A stretch of DNA of 64,000 bases from Eledone cirrhosa (GCA_964016885.1 OZ024740.1:350300001-350364000), one strand, 5' to 3'. Positions 1-13,271 are shown, counted from the stretch's first letter. Notes: generated from the letters alone by a model not told the origin. Translations and numbers: made by a program.

Positions 1-1335
1 TGGGGCATATTGGACCAGCTATAATAGGTCTAAGTTTTAAGTCTTTTGGGTGTAGTAATTTAATGTACTCACTGTTTTGTTCTCTTACTGCCTGTTGTAT
101 TTCTTTTGACTTATGAACTTTCGGTAGGCCATACAGGTTGCTGGGTTTTGGTTCAAAATTGGTGATGTAGTCTCTTTCCTTATCAGTAAATGAGTTGTGG
201 TATTTTGAAGCCAGGTTGTTGATCTTCTTCATGATGTTGTGGTCTATATTTGACGGTATTTCATGATAGAATGTTGTGTCTTTCAGTTGTTCCTCAACCA
301 AATCCGTGTAGTATTCAGCATCCATTATAACAACTTCACCCCCTTTATCTGCTTGTTTAATTATTATTGTTTTATCATTTTGTATACGTTTAAGTGCAGA
401 CATTTCTGATTTGTTAATGTTTGGCCTAACATTAGTATTACGTCTAAGATGAAATTTAGACAGGATGTCAATGTATTGGTCGAGATAGATATTTCTTCCT
501 TTTGACGGAGTGAAATTTGATTTATTCTTTACTAGTGATTCATCACTCTCATTACTTTTATCAGCGAAGAATTCTACAAGACGTAATTTTCGACAGAATT
601 CTTGGGTATCCTCCTTCAGTTCTTGGTGGTTGACTGTTGGAGTCGGTGTGAATTTCAGTCCTTTTCACAGAATTTGCATTTCATCATTGTCAAGATCTCT
701 CTTGGATAAATTAATTATTTTAGGATCTACGTGTACAGTTGTTTTGGGTATGTTTCCTCCTGGAGTTTTTCTTTTTCCGGTTTTTGTTGTCCTGACGTTA
801 AAAAATGGATTTTTCTCTGTTCAGGATTTATATTCCTGTTGGTGTTCGCTTGATGAACTTTTGGTCGTGATATCATATATGGTTTCTTTATGTATTTTGT
901 CCTATTTTTGGTATTATGTATATTATTTTTCCATTTCTTGTTAGCATTATTTTTAATAATCTGGGCAAATGACCTAGGTTTGCTTTCAGGTTTAGATCGT
1001 TTTTTCGCCCAGTTTCTTGTGGGTAATCTCTGTTGAGATCTTGAGAGTGATCTGGTTATTCTACGTTTTGTTTCCACATTCCTTGTGGGTAGTCTCTGTT
1101 GAGATCTTGAGAATGATCTACTGGTTTTACTACTTCTCATGGTCTGGTCAAAGGAATATCTATGGTGTTTGTGCTTTTTGTTCATGTTGTGTGCGATAGG
1201 GTGTTTTTGTAGAAAAAGCGAAGAGTTATTACCGTAGTTCTTCTTTGATTCAAGGTAAGGTGAGTGTTTGTGTTGGCACGTGTTCTGGCGTATGTTGTGT
1301 TGGTGATATTGTCCACTTTTAATGCTTTGTCTCAG
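1..1335 (-). mobile_element. Neptune-like PLE, N-terminal part of ORF, degraded; runs off the left edge
   Basis: Minus-strand translation by eye: KGLKFTPTP...IIIKQADKGGEVVIMD...LYGLPKVHK...LRPIIAGP, typical PLE pre-RT/RT N-terminal motifs; basic low-complexity N-terminus with duplicated RSxSRSQQRLPTRN (ORF 727-1368). Confidence 0.85.
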
Positions 1336-1339
1336 GGTT

Positions 1340-2460
1340 CCAGAGTCTTTACCGTAAATTGCATCCAAATTAGAGGCACAGCGATGGGAACAAAGTTTGC
1401 TCCCGTTTACGCGAACTCTGTAATGGGATACTTAGAACAACAACTCTACCAAGAAATAGAGGAAAAATATAGTACTGACTTTAGAAAGTACATTGAAAAA
1501 TCTTGACGACTGTTTCATCATCTGGACAGAATCTCTAGATACTCTGGATGAGTTCAATATCCTCCTGAATAACCTACACCCATCTCTCCAATTCACAAAA
1601 GAGATGAGTAGGACCAAATTACCATTCCTAGATATAATGATAATCAAAAACGACACCACCAATTACCACGGATATATATATTATAAACACACAGACACCC
1701 ATCAATATCTGAATTTTAAGTCGTGCCATCCATCTCATACAAAATGCAACATCCCATACTGCCTAGCCAGAAGAATTTGTACCATTGTAGAAGATACGAA
1801 TACCACGTACAAAGGCCTAACAGAACTAAGAGAATTTTTGCTCAAACAAAAATACGCATCTCTATTTATAGAAAATGGCATACAGCGGGCTATAAAAATA
1901 CCTATACAACAACTTAGGACAACCCAAGGAAGAAGAAACCAAGAACTGGCCATACCATTTATAATGACACACAAACCATGTCACCAGAATATCTTCAACA
2001 CTGCCAAAGCAAACCTACCGATCATTTTCCTCATTTCTAAAATTAGCAAAACAATTGATGCTTTGGATAGGATCAATTAGGATCAATTAGTGGTCGTTAG
2101 ACATGCTCAACCAACCGTGACGCCTAAACCAATCAGTGAAATTCAGTGAAACTACACACCTATTTGTCGAAATACAGTTTGCAAGATTTAGCATTCTGGA
2201 GCTACTTTTCACTGTATATAAGGTACAAAATTTACCCATCTCATTACAGTTGGAATTGCAAACTTGACTGTCACCACACATTATGAACCTGAAGATTGCG
2301 AAAGCATGAAAGGACTTGTTCAATTAACACTTAACATTTAATATTCTATCATACTATTTCATTATAATACCATTATAAATTTTAAAGGATTGTAAAACGA
2401 GTAAATCAGACAAAGTTGGAATTCCTCTTATTAATATAATCTTCTATACACAAACATACA
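1340..2460 (+). mobile_element. Neptune-like PLE, C-terminal RT/thumb plus 3' region, inverted relative to 1-1335, frameshifted
   Basis: GTAMGTKFAPVYAN (ORF 1264-1506); LDDCFIIW, LPFLDI, YKHTDTHQYL, SCHPSHTKCNIPY (ORF 1493-2080). Confidence 0.85.
2284..2322 (+). ncRNA. Minimal type I hammerhead ribozyme in PLE 3' region
   Basis: TGAAC-CTGAAGA-T-TGC GAAA GCA-T-GAAA-GGAC-TT-GTTCA; stem I TGAAC/GTTCA, GNRA-capped stem II. Confidence 0.75.
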
Positions 2461-2473
2461 CACCCGTGTATAT

Positions 2474-2590
<117 letters not shown>

Positions 2591-2622
2591 GAAGTGGTTA
2601 CACAACAGTTAGTTCACCATAC

Positions 2623-2660
2623 CGAGAACAATTGTTTCACCTTAGCTGATCTTCAGCTCG
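2623..2660 (-). ncRNA. Minimal type I HHR (left copy)
   Basis: Minus strand: CGAG-CTGAAGA-TCAGCTAAGGT-GAAA-CAATTG-TT-CTCG; stem II weakened. Confidence 0.6.
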
Positions 2661-2924
2661 TAATGGACATGGTTATACGGAACAGGAATGACAACCGTAC
2701 GAACGTAAGAGGTGTTCCGAAACGTGTGGACTTACATAACTACAAAGCTCCGGATTGAAACACAACATCCTAATTTTCTTATCAACTAGAAACTTTTTGG
2801 ACTTTCGCAGTTATCTCCCTTACACCTCTCGCACGCTTTTTAGTATTTCCTGTGGGAAGTGACAGTTTCTGCGCATGCACGTTCGTACGGTCGTCCTTCC
2901 TGTTCTGTATAACCATGTCCATCA

Positions 2925-2962
2925 CGAGCTGAGGATCCGCTAAGGTGAAACAATTGTTCTCG
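2925..2962 (+). ncRNA. Minimal type I HHR (right copy)
   Basis: CGAG-CTGAGGA-T-CC GCTAA GG-T-GAAA-CAATTG-TT-CTCG; palindromic stem III ACAATTGT. Confidence 0.7.
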
Positions 2963-3060
2963 GTATGGTGAACTAACTGTTGTGTAACCACTTCTACCTA
3001 ACTCGTCCCATGGACTGAGTGCTCTACCACTACGGATATTACCTTCCAGTGTGCTACCAC

Positions 3061-3266
<206 letters not shown>

Positions 3267-3270
<4 letters not shown>

Positions 3271-4969
3271 TGGATTAAATGCTCTGAAATAGCGATATAT
3301 ATGTGAAGATAGACATAGAATATTCGAAAATATTCTGTATGTTTATAATAAACATTTTGAAGACCTAATCGCTATAGAATAGAATACGTCACGTATTACA
3401 ATTAGATTCTCGATAAAAGCAAGGGAAGTAACCTACGCGTTTCATTCTTATTAGAAATCTTCAGGATTACATATCCAGTGCTTTTATCGAGAATGACACA
3501 GCTAGAGACTTATAGAATACTTAGCTGTGTAGAGGAACTGGTTTGAAAGAGCGGTTGCCGGTCCGGCAGAAATTAGAAATTGGATTAAATGCTCTGAAAT
3601 AGCGATATATATGTGAAGATAGACATAGAATATTCGAAAATATTCTGTATGTTTATAATAAACATTTTGAAGACCTAATCGCTATAGAATAGAATACGTC
3701 ACGTATTACAATTAGATTCTCGATAAAAGCAAGGGAAGTAACCTACGCGTTTCATTCTTATTAGAAATCTTCAGGATTACATATCCAGTGCTTTTATCGA
3801 GAATGACACAGCTAGAGACTTATAGAATACTTAGCTGTGTAGAGGAACTGGTTTGAAAGAGCGGTTGCCGGTCCGGCAGAAATTAGAAATTGGATTAAAT
3901 GCTCTGAAATAGCGATATATATGTGAAGATAGACATAGAATATTCGAAAATATTCTGTATGTTTATAATAAACATTTTGAAGACCTAATCGCTATAGAAT
4001 AGAATACGTCACGTATTACAATTAGATTCTCGATAAAAGCAAGGGAAGTAACCTACGCGTTTCATTCTTATTAGAAATCTTCAGGATTACATATCCAGTG
4101 CTTTTATCGAGAATGACACAGCTAGAGACTTATAGAATACTTAGCTGTGTAGAGGAACTGGTTTGAAAGAGCGGTTGCCGGTCCGGCAGAAATTAGAAAT
4201 TGGATTAAATGCTCTGAAATAGCGATATATATGTGAAGATAGACATAGAATATTCGAAAATATTCTGTATGTTTATAATAAACATTTTGAAGACCTAATC
4301 GCTATAGAATAGAATACGTCACGTATTACAATTAGATTCTCGATAAAAGCAAGGGAAGTAACCTACGCGTTTCATTCTTATTAGAAATCTTCAGGATTAC
4401 ATATCCAGTGCTTTTATCGAGAATGACACAGCTAGAGACTTATAGAATACTTAGCTGTGTAGAGGAACTGGTTTGAAAGAGCGGTTGCCGGTCCGGCAGA
4501 AATTAGAAATTGGATTAAATGCTCTGAAATAGCGATATATATGTGAAGATAGACATAGAATATTCGAAAATATTCTGTATGTTTATAATAAACATTTTGA
4601 AGACCTAATCGCTATAGAATAGAATACGTCACGTATTACAATTAGATTCTCGATAAAAGCAAGGGAAGTAACCTACGCGTTTCATTCTTATTAGAAATCT
4701 TCAGGATTACATATCCAGTGCTTTTATCGAGAATGACACAGCTAGAGACTTGTAGAATACTTAGCTGTGTAGAGGAACTGGTTTGAAAGAGCGGTTGCCG
4801 GTCCGGCAGAAATTAGAAATTGGATTAAATGCTCTGAAATAGCGATATATATGTGAAGATAGACATAGAATATTCGAAAATATTCTGTATGTTTATAATA
4901 AACATTTTGAAGACCTAATCGCTATAGAATAGAATACGTCACGTATTACAATTAGATTCTCGATAAAAG
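3267..4969 (-). repeat. 310-bp HHR-containing tandem array, left arm (~5.5 units, 5 HHRs on minus strand)
   Basis: TGGATTAAAT recurs at 3271, 3581, 3891, 4201, 4511, 4821; HHR reverse complement at 3428-3470 and every 310 bp to 4668. Confidence 0.95.
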
Positions 4970-7900
4970 ACCGGCAACCGCTCTTTCAAACCAGTTCCTC
5001 TACACAGCTAAGTATTCTATAAGTCTCTAGCTGTGTCATTCTCGATAAAAGCACTGGATATGTAATCCTGAAGATTTCTAATAAGAATGAAACGCGTAGG
5101 TTACTTCCCTTGCTTTTATCGAGAATCTAATTGTAATACGTGACGTATTCTATTCTATAGCGATTAGGTCTTCAAAATGTTTATTATAAACATACAGAAT
5201 ATTTTCGAATATTCTATGTCTATCTTCACATATATATCGCTATTTCAGAGCATTTAATCCAATTTCTAATTTCTGCCGGACCGGCAACCGCTCTTTCAAA
5301 CCAGTTCCTCTACACAGCTAAGTATTCTATAAGTCTCTAGCTGTGTCATTCTCGATAAAAGCACTGGATATGTAATCCTGAAGATTTCTAATAAGAATGA
5401 AACGCGTAGGTTACTTCCCTTGCTTTTATCGAGAATCTAATTGTAATACGTGACGTATTCTATTCTATAGCGATTAGGTCTTCAAAATGTTTATTATAAA
5501 CATACAGAATATTTTCGAATATTCTATGTCTATCTTCACATATATATCGCTATTTCAGAGCATTTAATCCAATTTCTAATTTCTGCCGGACCGGCAACCG
5601 CTCTTTCAAACCAGTTCCTCTACACAGCTAAGTATTCTATAAGTCTCTAGCTGTGTCATTCTCGATAAAAGCACTGGATATGTAATCCTGAAGATTTCTA
5701 ATAAGAATGAAACGCGTAGGTTACTTCCCTTGCTTTTATCGAGAATCTAATTGTAATACGTGACGTATTCTATTCTATAGCGATTAGGTCTTCAAAATGT
5801 TTATTATAAACATACAGAATATTTTCGAATATTCTATGTCTATCTTCACATATATATCGCTATTTCAGAGCATTTAATCCAATTTCTAATTTCTGCCGGA
5901 CCGGCAACCGCTCTTTCAAACCAGTTCCTCTACACAGCTAAGTATTCTATAAGTCTCTAGCTGTGTCATTCTCGATAAAAGCACTGGATATGTAATCCTG
6001 AAGATTTCTAATAAGAATGAAACGCGTAGGTTACTTCCCTTGCTTTTATCGAGAATCTAATTGTAATACGTGACGTATTCTATTCTATAGCGATTAGGTC
6101 TTCAAAATGTTTATTATAAACATACAGAATATTTTCGAATATTCTATGTCTATCTTCACATATATATCGCTATTTCAGAGCATTTAATCCAATTTCTAAT
6201 TTCTGCCGGACCGGCAACCGCTCTTTCAAACCAGTTCCTCTACACAGCTAAGTATTCTATAAGTCTCTAGCTGTGTCATTCTCGATAAAAGCACTGGATA
6301 TGTAATCCTGAAGATTTCTAATAAGAATGAAACGCGTAGGTTACTTCCCTTGCTTTTATCGAGAATCTAATTGTAATACGTGACGTATTCTATTCTATAG
6401 CGATTAGGTCTTCAAAATGTTTATTATAAACATACAGAATATTTTCGAATATTCTATGTCTATCTTCACATATATATCGCTATTTCAGAGCATTTAATCC
6501 AATTTCTAATTTCTGCCGGACCGGCAACCGCTCTTTCAAACCAGTTCCTCTACACCGCTAAGTATTCTATAAGTCTCTAGCTGTGTCATTCTCGATAAAA
6601 GCACTGGATATGTAATCCTGAAGATTTCTAATAAGAATGAAACGCGTAGGTTACTTCCCTTGCTTTTATCGAGAATCTAATTGTAATACGTGACGTATTC
6701 TATTCTATAGCGATTAGGTCTTCAAAATGTTTATTATAAACATACAGAATATTTTCGAATATTCTATGTCTATCTTCACATATATATCGCTATTTCAGAG
6801 CATTTAATCCAATTTCTAATTTCTGCCGGACCGGCAACCGCTCTTTCAAACCAGTTCCTCTACACAGCTAAGTATTCTATAAGTCTCTAGCTGTGTCATT
6901 CTCGATAAAAGCACTGGATATGTAATCCTGAAGATTTCTAATAAGAATGAAACGCGTAGGTTACTTCCCTTGCTTTTATCGAGAATCTAATTGTAATACG
7001 TGACGTATTCTATTCTATAGCGATTAGGTCTTCAAAATGTTTATTATAAACATACAGAATATTTTCGAATATTCTATGTCTATCTTCACATATATATCGC
7101 TATTTCAGAGCATTTAATCCAATTTCTAATTTCTGCCGGACCGGCAACCGCTCTTTCAAACCAGTTCCTCTACACAGCTAAGTATTCTATAAGTCTCTAG
7201 CTGTGTCATTCTCGATAAAAGCACTGGATATGTAATCCTGAAGATTTCTAATAAGAATGAAACGCGTAGGTTACTTCCCTTGCTTTTATCGAGAATCTAA
7301 TTGTAATACGTGACGTATTCTATTCTATAGCGATTAGGTCTTCAAAATGTTTATTATAAACATACAGAATATTTTCGAATATTCTATGTCTATCTTCACA
7401 TATATATCGCTATTTCAGAGCATTTAATCCAATTTCTAATTTCTGCCGGACCGGCAACCGCTCTTTCAAACCAGTTCCTCTACACAGCTAAGTATTCTAT
7501 AAGTCTCTAGCTGTGTCATTCTCGATAAAAGCACTGGATATGTAATCCTGAAGATTTCTAATAAGAATGAAACGCGTAGGTTACTTCCCTTGCTTTTATC
7601 GAGAATCTAATTGTAATACGTGACGTATTCTATTCTATAGCGATTAGGTCTTCAAAATGTTTATTATAAACATACAGAATATTTTCGAATATTCTATGTC
7701 TATCTTCACATATATATCGCTATTTCAGAGCATTTAATCCAATTTCTAATTTCTGCCGGACCGGCAACCGCTCTTTCAAACCAGTTCCTCTACACAGCTA
7801 AGTATTCTATAAGTCTCTAGCTGTGTCATTCTCGATAAAAGCACTGGATATGTAATCCTGAAGATTTCTAATAAGAATGAAACGCGTAGGTTACTTCCCT

Positions 7901-8944
7901 TGCTTTTATCGAGAATCTAATTGTAATACGTGACGTATTCTATTCTATAGCGATTAGGTCTTCAAAATGTTTATTATAAACATACAGAATATTTTCGAAT
8001 ATTCTATGTCTATCTTCACATATATATCGCTATTTCAGAGCATTTAATCCAATTTCTAATTTCTGCCGGACCGGCAACCGCTCTTTCAAACCAGTTCCTC
8101 TACACAGCTAAGTATTCTATAAGTCTCTAGCTGTGTCATTCTCGATAAAAGCACTGGATATGTAATCCTGAAGATTTCTAATAAGAATGAAACGCGTAGG
8201 TTACTTCCCTTGCTTTTATCGAGAATCTAATTGTAATACGTGACGTATTCTATTCTATAGCGATTAGGTCTTCAAAATGTTTATTATAAACATACAGAAT
8301 ATTTTCGAATATTCTATGTCTATCTTCACATATATATCGCTATTTCAGAGCATTTAATCCAATTTCTAATTTCTGCCGGACCGGCAACCGCTCTTTCAAA
8401 CCAGTTCCTCTACACAGCTAAGTATTCTATAAGTCTCTAGCTGTGTCATTCTCGATAAAAGCACTGGATATGTAATCCTGAAGATTTCTAATAAGAATGA
8501 AACGCGTAGGTTACTTCCCTTGCTTTTATCGAGAATCTAATTGTAATACGTGACGTATTCTATTCTATAGCGATTAGGTCTTCAAAATGTTTATTATAAA
8601 CATACAGAATATTTTCGAATATTCTATGTCTATCTTCACATATATATCGCTATTTCAGAGCATTTAATCCAATTTCTAATTTCTGCCGGACCGGCAACCG
8701 CTCTTTCAAACCAGTTCCTCTACACAGCTAAGTATTCTATAAGTCTCTAGCTGTGTCATTCTCGATAAAAGCACTGGATATGTAATCCTGAAGATTTCTA
8801 ATAAGAATGAAACGCGTAGGTTACTTCCCTTGCTTTTATCGAGAATCTAATTGTAATACGTGACGTATTCTATTCTATAGCGATTAGGTCTTCAAAATGT
8901 TTATTATAAACATACAGAATATTTTCGAATATTCTATGTCTATC

Positions 8945-8948
<4 letters not shown>
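4969..8948 (+). repeat. 310-bp HHR-containing tandem array, right arm (~12.8 units, 13 HHRs on plus strand); retrozyme-like
   Basis: Reverse complement of the left-arm unit; HHR begins at 5062, 5372, ... 8782; no ORF of 60 aa or more in the track. Confidence 0.95.
5062..5104 (+). ncRNA. Minimal type I hammerhead ribozyme (representative of 18 array copies)
   Basis: GTAATC-CTGAAGA-T-TTCT AATA AGAA-T-GAAA-CGCG-TA-GGTTAC; intact core, stem I GUAAUC/GGUUAC, palindromic stem III ACGCGU, predicted GUA cut after 5098. Confidence 0.88.
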
Positions 8949-8993
<45 letters not shown>

Positions 8994-9027
8994 AGATTTG
9001 AATGGATACAGTTTAGTTGAAAGGAAT

Positions 9028-9147
9028 TTATTGACACGTGTTTCTATAACAGTTACATAACCTAAAACAGTTGCTATCTACAAACTTTTAGTTATGCAGA
9101 CATTCAATATTTCAATGTTATTATTTACTGTCATTTCATCAGAATAA
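9028..9147 (-). ncRNA. Type I HHR with long stem II insertion (left copy)
   Basis: Reverse complement of 12923-13042. Confidence 0.7.
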
Positions 9148-9709
9148 TATTACTGAAGACCTATTTAGTTTTTATAGAGAATATTAGGAGGGAGGGGTGA
9201 AGTTGTTAGAAGAATAGTTGAAGGAGTGGTTTTTCGATAGCAGTGAGAATTCTTGGTGGCAGTGAGTAATTAGATTCCCATCTGTTGTTTTGACATTTTT
9301 TATAGAATATATTATTGGTTATTTTTCTAAATCTATAGAAGGATTAGAGATAGTAAAGATATGCGTGGTTGGTTTTGTGTTTGCACTTAATTAACATTCA
9401 GACTTAAATTTTTCTTTCAAGTGTACGTATCCTTTCACCCACGCATTCACACACAAATATATTTGCACACCTCTACAAAATACATATACTCACAATTCAC
9501 ATATTCATACTTACATATATATACACATGCATACACATATATATACACACATGTATTCATGTACATACATACGCGCTCATGTGTATACATTTTCATACTC
9601 AACTTATCTTTATATACACACGTATAGACACACACATATATACATACATACTCTAGTCCATGTGTACACACATACACATACATACACATCCATATACACA
9701 TATATACAT

Positions 9710-9748
<39 letters not shown>

Positions 9749-10015
9749 CACTTTAATACATGAATACACTTACATCTAACTATACACATCAAACATATAT
9801 ATATATTTACTTATTTATATACATTTTCACATATATATACATACTTATGGACGTTTTTAGACACATTCATTATCGCATATTTGCACCTATTCTCATCAGC
9901 ATATCTTTCCATTATTAGTGTGGTAATTTAAGGTTATTAATATATGTTGAGAAGAGATTGTTTTTATATTTTTCTAACTAGATTAAGGTTTATATAGTTG
10001 GGGGATGTCCCTCTT

Positions 10016-12002
10016 TTATGTAATATTCGGCTTGTAGTGGAAAAAAAGTGTTTTAGTTCTGTGACGGCAGAATAATGTTCGTTCAATTCTGTTATTCAGC
10101 AGTTTCTTCTTGTGTGTGATTATGTAATAAATCTCAAGATTACACAATTTGCAGAAATTTTGGCTCCTGGAAAAGCTTTGGGTTTTAGCTAATTTCTCCT
10201 ATTTTAGGGTAAACTTTTGATCGCTATCCCTGAGCGTCCAAGCTTTTTCTGCTAAAGTTGTTACATTTCTTTGGCTCTGGTGTTTTATTGAGTAAGAATG
10301 CCTATACAATCGAGATTTAAACGATGTTGCCGTTGATCCCACGTAATACCACTCGTTGCCTCCGGATTTAATGGTACACTTATAAATAATATTTTTTTCC
10401 AGGCAGTTATTGCCGAGGGGGCAGTTGTCAGGATAGGTGCAGTTACAGTTGTGTACGTTGGGTTTTCTCTGGAGTAGTATTGCGGACGAACTTAGGTGTG
10501 GTTTATTTATGTTCTGTAGTGTATTGTCTACTGTTTTTTTTTGTGTTCTTTGTACTTAAGTTCTTAGTGTTTTCGTTTAACCTTCTAGTATTGATCTTTT
10601 TTATGTGTTGTTCAAGGTTTAACGCTGTAGAGTATGACAGTCTTATAGTGGTAGGGTTTAGGATTTTGTGGTATTTGTGTGATGTGGGAAAATGTCTTTT
10701 AATTATTTTAAAGAAGAGTACTGGTAAATTTGTACTAATGGAACTATTGTATTCAGGGTTATACCATAAGTACTCTTTGCATCGCTTTCTATTAGTTTTG
10801 TTTGTTGGTTTACTGGTGTGCATACTATGGTAGTAAGTGTGGTTTGGTGTTGTGTTATTATATCTACCTATGTGGGATTTATTTTGGGTGTTTTGATTGT
10901 TCCCATCTATGTACTCTATTTTGTTGAGGTAGCCTGCTTTACTAAGGGCGTTATCGTAGTACTCGACGTGTTCCTTAAATACTTGTATGTTAGAAGATAG
11001 ACCCGAGATTCTAAGGGAAATATTTTTAGGGATAGATTTAATTATAGAGATGGGGTGGTTAGACCCAACATTTACGTATTTGAGATTTTCATTCAATTTA
11101 TGAAACGGTTTAATCAAACCAGAGTTTAAATTGAGTGTGACATCCAGGAAGTTAACTACTTTAAGGTTGTATTCATATGTTATAGTTAGTCCTATTTCGA
11201 GTAGTAGTTTTCTTATATCTTTGCGTAGTTTTTCTAGTCTTTCGTTATTAAGGTTTTTAGCTAGGAGGAGAACATCGTCGCGGTATATTCCGCCGTGGAG
11301 ATTGCTGAATTTTTCCTGGAGTCTAAAGGCGATAAATAACCCCACAATATCAGTTATTTCCGCCGAATCGTTAGAGCCCATTGTTATGTCAAAGTTAGAG
11401 GGTCTATCTTTACGTACCCAATAACTGTTCTCAAATTTGACTATAGTTTTCCTAGCTTCTAATATAATCTTAATTTCATCGTTTGTAAGGTCAGAGTTAT
11501 CCTTAGCAAACTTAATGGCTCTATTCAAAGTTTCAGGTGATATCGATGAGTAATATTCATCGATATCAAACTGGATAAACTTAGATTTATTCTTATTGCT
11601 AATGCTATTAAACCATCTTATTGCTTCTTGGGTCTTCCCCCAGAGTTTAATGTTAACCTTAGCCTTAATTTGGGGGATGATTCTATCTAAGATATATTTG
11701 CTTATTTTACCTATATCTGATTTAGAGGGGCAGATTAATCTAATTTTAGGGTCATTATCAAAGTTTACCTTGTGGTCCTTAAGATTGAAGGTGGGTACCG
11801 CCGGTAAGAGTGGTCCTGTCCTATCTTCGATTCCGAGATTTTTCACTATTTCGCATGCCTCATCATTGATGTGCTTAAGGGTTACTTCACTCGTTTTTCT
11901 ATATTTTTTATGTAATTCTTTTCGAATGAAGTTGTTGTATGTAGTGCAATCCATAGTGTACAGGTTTGATGTTTTGTCCGCTTTTACTACAATTCCTTTG
12001 GT
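10016..12002 (-). pseudogene. Naiad-type RT + GIY-YIG endonuclease (frameshift near 10510, in-frame TAG near 10200)
   Basis: ORF 10503-11954: IQFDIDEYYSSI, FDITMGSNDSAE, GIYRDD, VNFLDVTL; continuation in another frame: CNC..CPLGNNC..IIYKC..YYVGST..RLYRH..CKLCNLE..LLNNRIE..CRH. Confidence 0.9.
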
Positions 12003-12306
12003 GTTTTTTTCCCACTACAAGCCGAATATTACATAAAAGAGGGACATCCCCCAACTATATAAACCTTAATCTAGTTAGAAAAATATAAAAACAATCTCTT
12101 CTCAACATATATTAATAACCTTAAATTACCACACTAATAATGGAAAGATATGCTGATGAGAATAGGTGCAAATATGCGATAATGAATGTGTCTAAAAACG
12201 TCCATAAGTATGTATATATATGTGAAAATGTATATAAATAAGTAAATATATATATATATGTTTGATGTGTATAGTTAGATGTAAGTGTATTCATGTATTA
12301 AAGTGG

Positions 12307-12366
<60 letters not shown>

Positions 12367-12922
12367 ATATGTGTATATGGATGTGTATGTATGTGTATGT
12401 GTGTACACATGGACTAGAGTATGTATGTATATATGTGTGTGTCTATACGTGTGTATATAAAGATAAGTTGAGTATGAAAATGTATACACATGAGCGCGTA
12501 TGTATGTACATGAATACATGTGTGTATATATATGTGTATGCATGTGTATATATATGTAAGTATGAATATGTGAATTGTGAGTATATGTATTTTGTAGAGG
12601 TGTGCAAATATATTTGTGTGTGAATGCGTGGGTGAAAGGATACGTACACTTGAAAGAAAAATTTAAGTCTGAATGTTAATTAAGTGCAAACACAAAACCA
12701 ACCACGCATATCTTTACTATCTCTAATCCTACTATAGATTTAGAAAAATAACCAATAATATATTCTATAAAAAATGTCAAAACAACAGATGGGAATCTAA
12801 TTACTCACTGCCACCAAGAATTCTCACTGCTATCGAAAAACCACTCCTTCAACTATTCTTCTAACAACTTCACCCCTCCCTCCTAATATTCTCTATAAAA
12901 ACTAAATAGGTCCTCAGTAATA

Positions 12923-13042
12923 TTATTCTGATGAAATGACAGTAAATAATAACATTGAAATATTGAATGTCTGCATAACTAAAAGTTTGTAGATAGCAGC
13001 TGTTTTAGGTTATGTAACTGTTATAGAAACACGTGTCAATAA
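12923..13042 (+). ncRNA. Type I HHR with long stem II insertion (right copy)
   Basis: TTATT-CTGATGA-A-ATGACAGT...ACTGTTAT-A-GAAA-CACGTG-TC-AATAA; GUC site, palindromic stem III. Confidence 0.7.
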
Positions 13043-13189
13043 ATTCCTTTCAACTAAACTGTATCCATTCAAATCTTTCTATTTTTCTCCGGATTACTTT
13101 TGGAACTACAACTGGAACCGTCGAGCAAACTCTACGTGAGCTGATAATCTACTGTGTGTAATATTTATATTACAACACAACGGAAAATA

Positions 13190-13271
<82 letters not shown>

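Larger units (their letters stand above)
2591..3060. mobile_element. Inverted pair of PLE terminal (pLTR) segments, each with an HHR
   Basis: 2591-2705 is the imperfect reverse complement of 2880-2995; bounded by (TATC)n and (TA)n. Confidence 0.8.
8991..13193 (-). mobile_element. Naiad-like PLE, 5'-truncated, with ~1.05-kb inverted copy of its 3' end; flanked by (TA)n
   Basis: 8991-10050 is the near-identical reverse complement of ~12005-13080; TA runs at 8949-8990 and 13194-13269. Confidence 0.9.

Noticed and set aside
3267-8948. CRISPR array
   Set aside because: Units are identical over their full 310 bp with no unique spacers; no cas genes; eukaryotic context
10016-10500. Selenocysteine recoding, as reported for some Naiad elements
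   Set aside because: Cys codons in the endonuclease region read TGT/TGC; the only internal stop seen is TAG at a Trp position
12149-12208. Second HHR in Naiad 3' region (TATG-CTGATGA...AAAACGTC-CATA)
   Set aside because: GAAA replaced by AAAA in both inverted copies and stem II unconvincing; at most a relic
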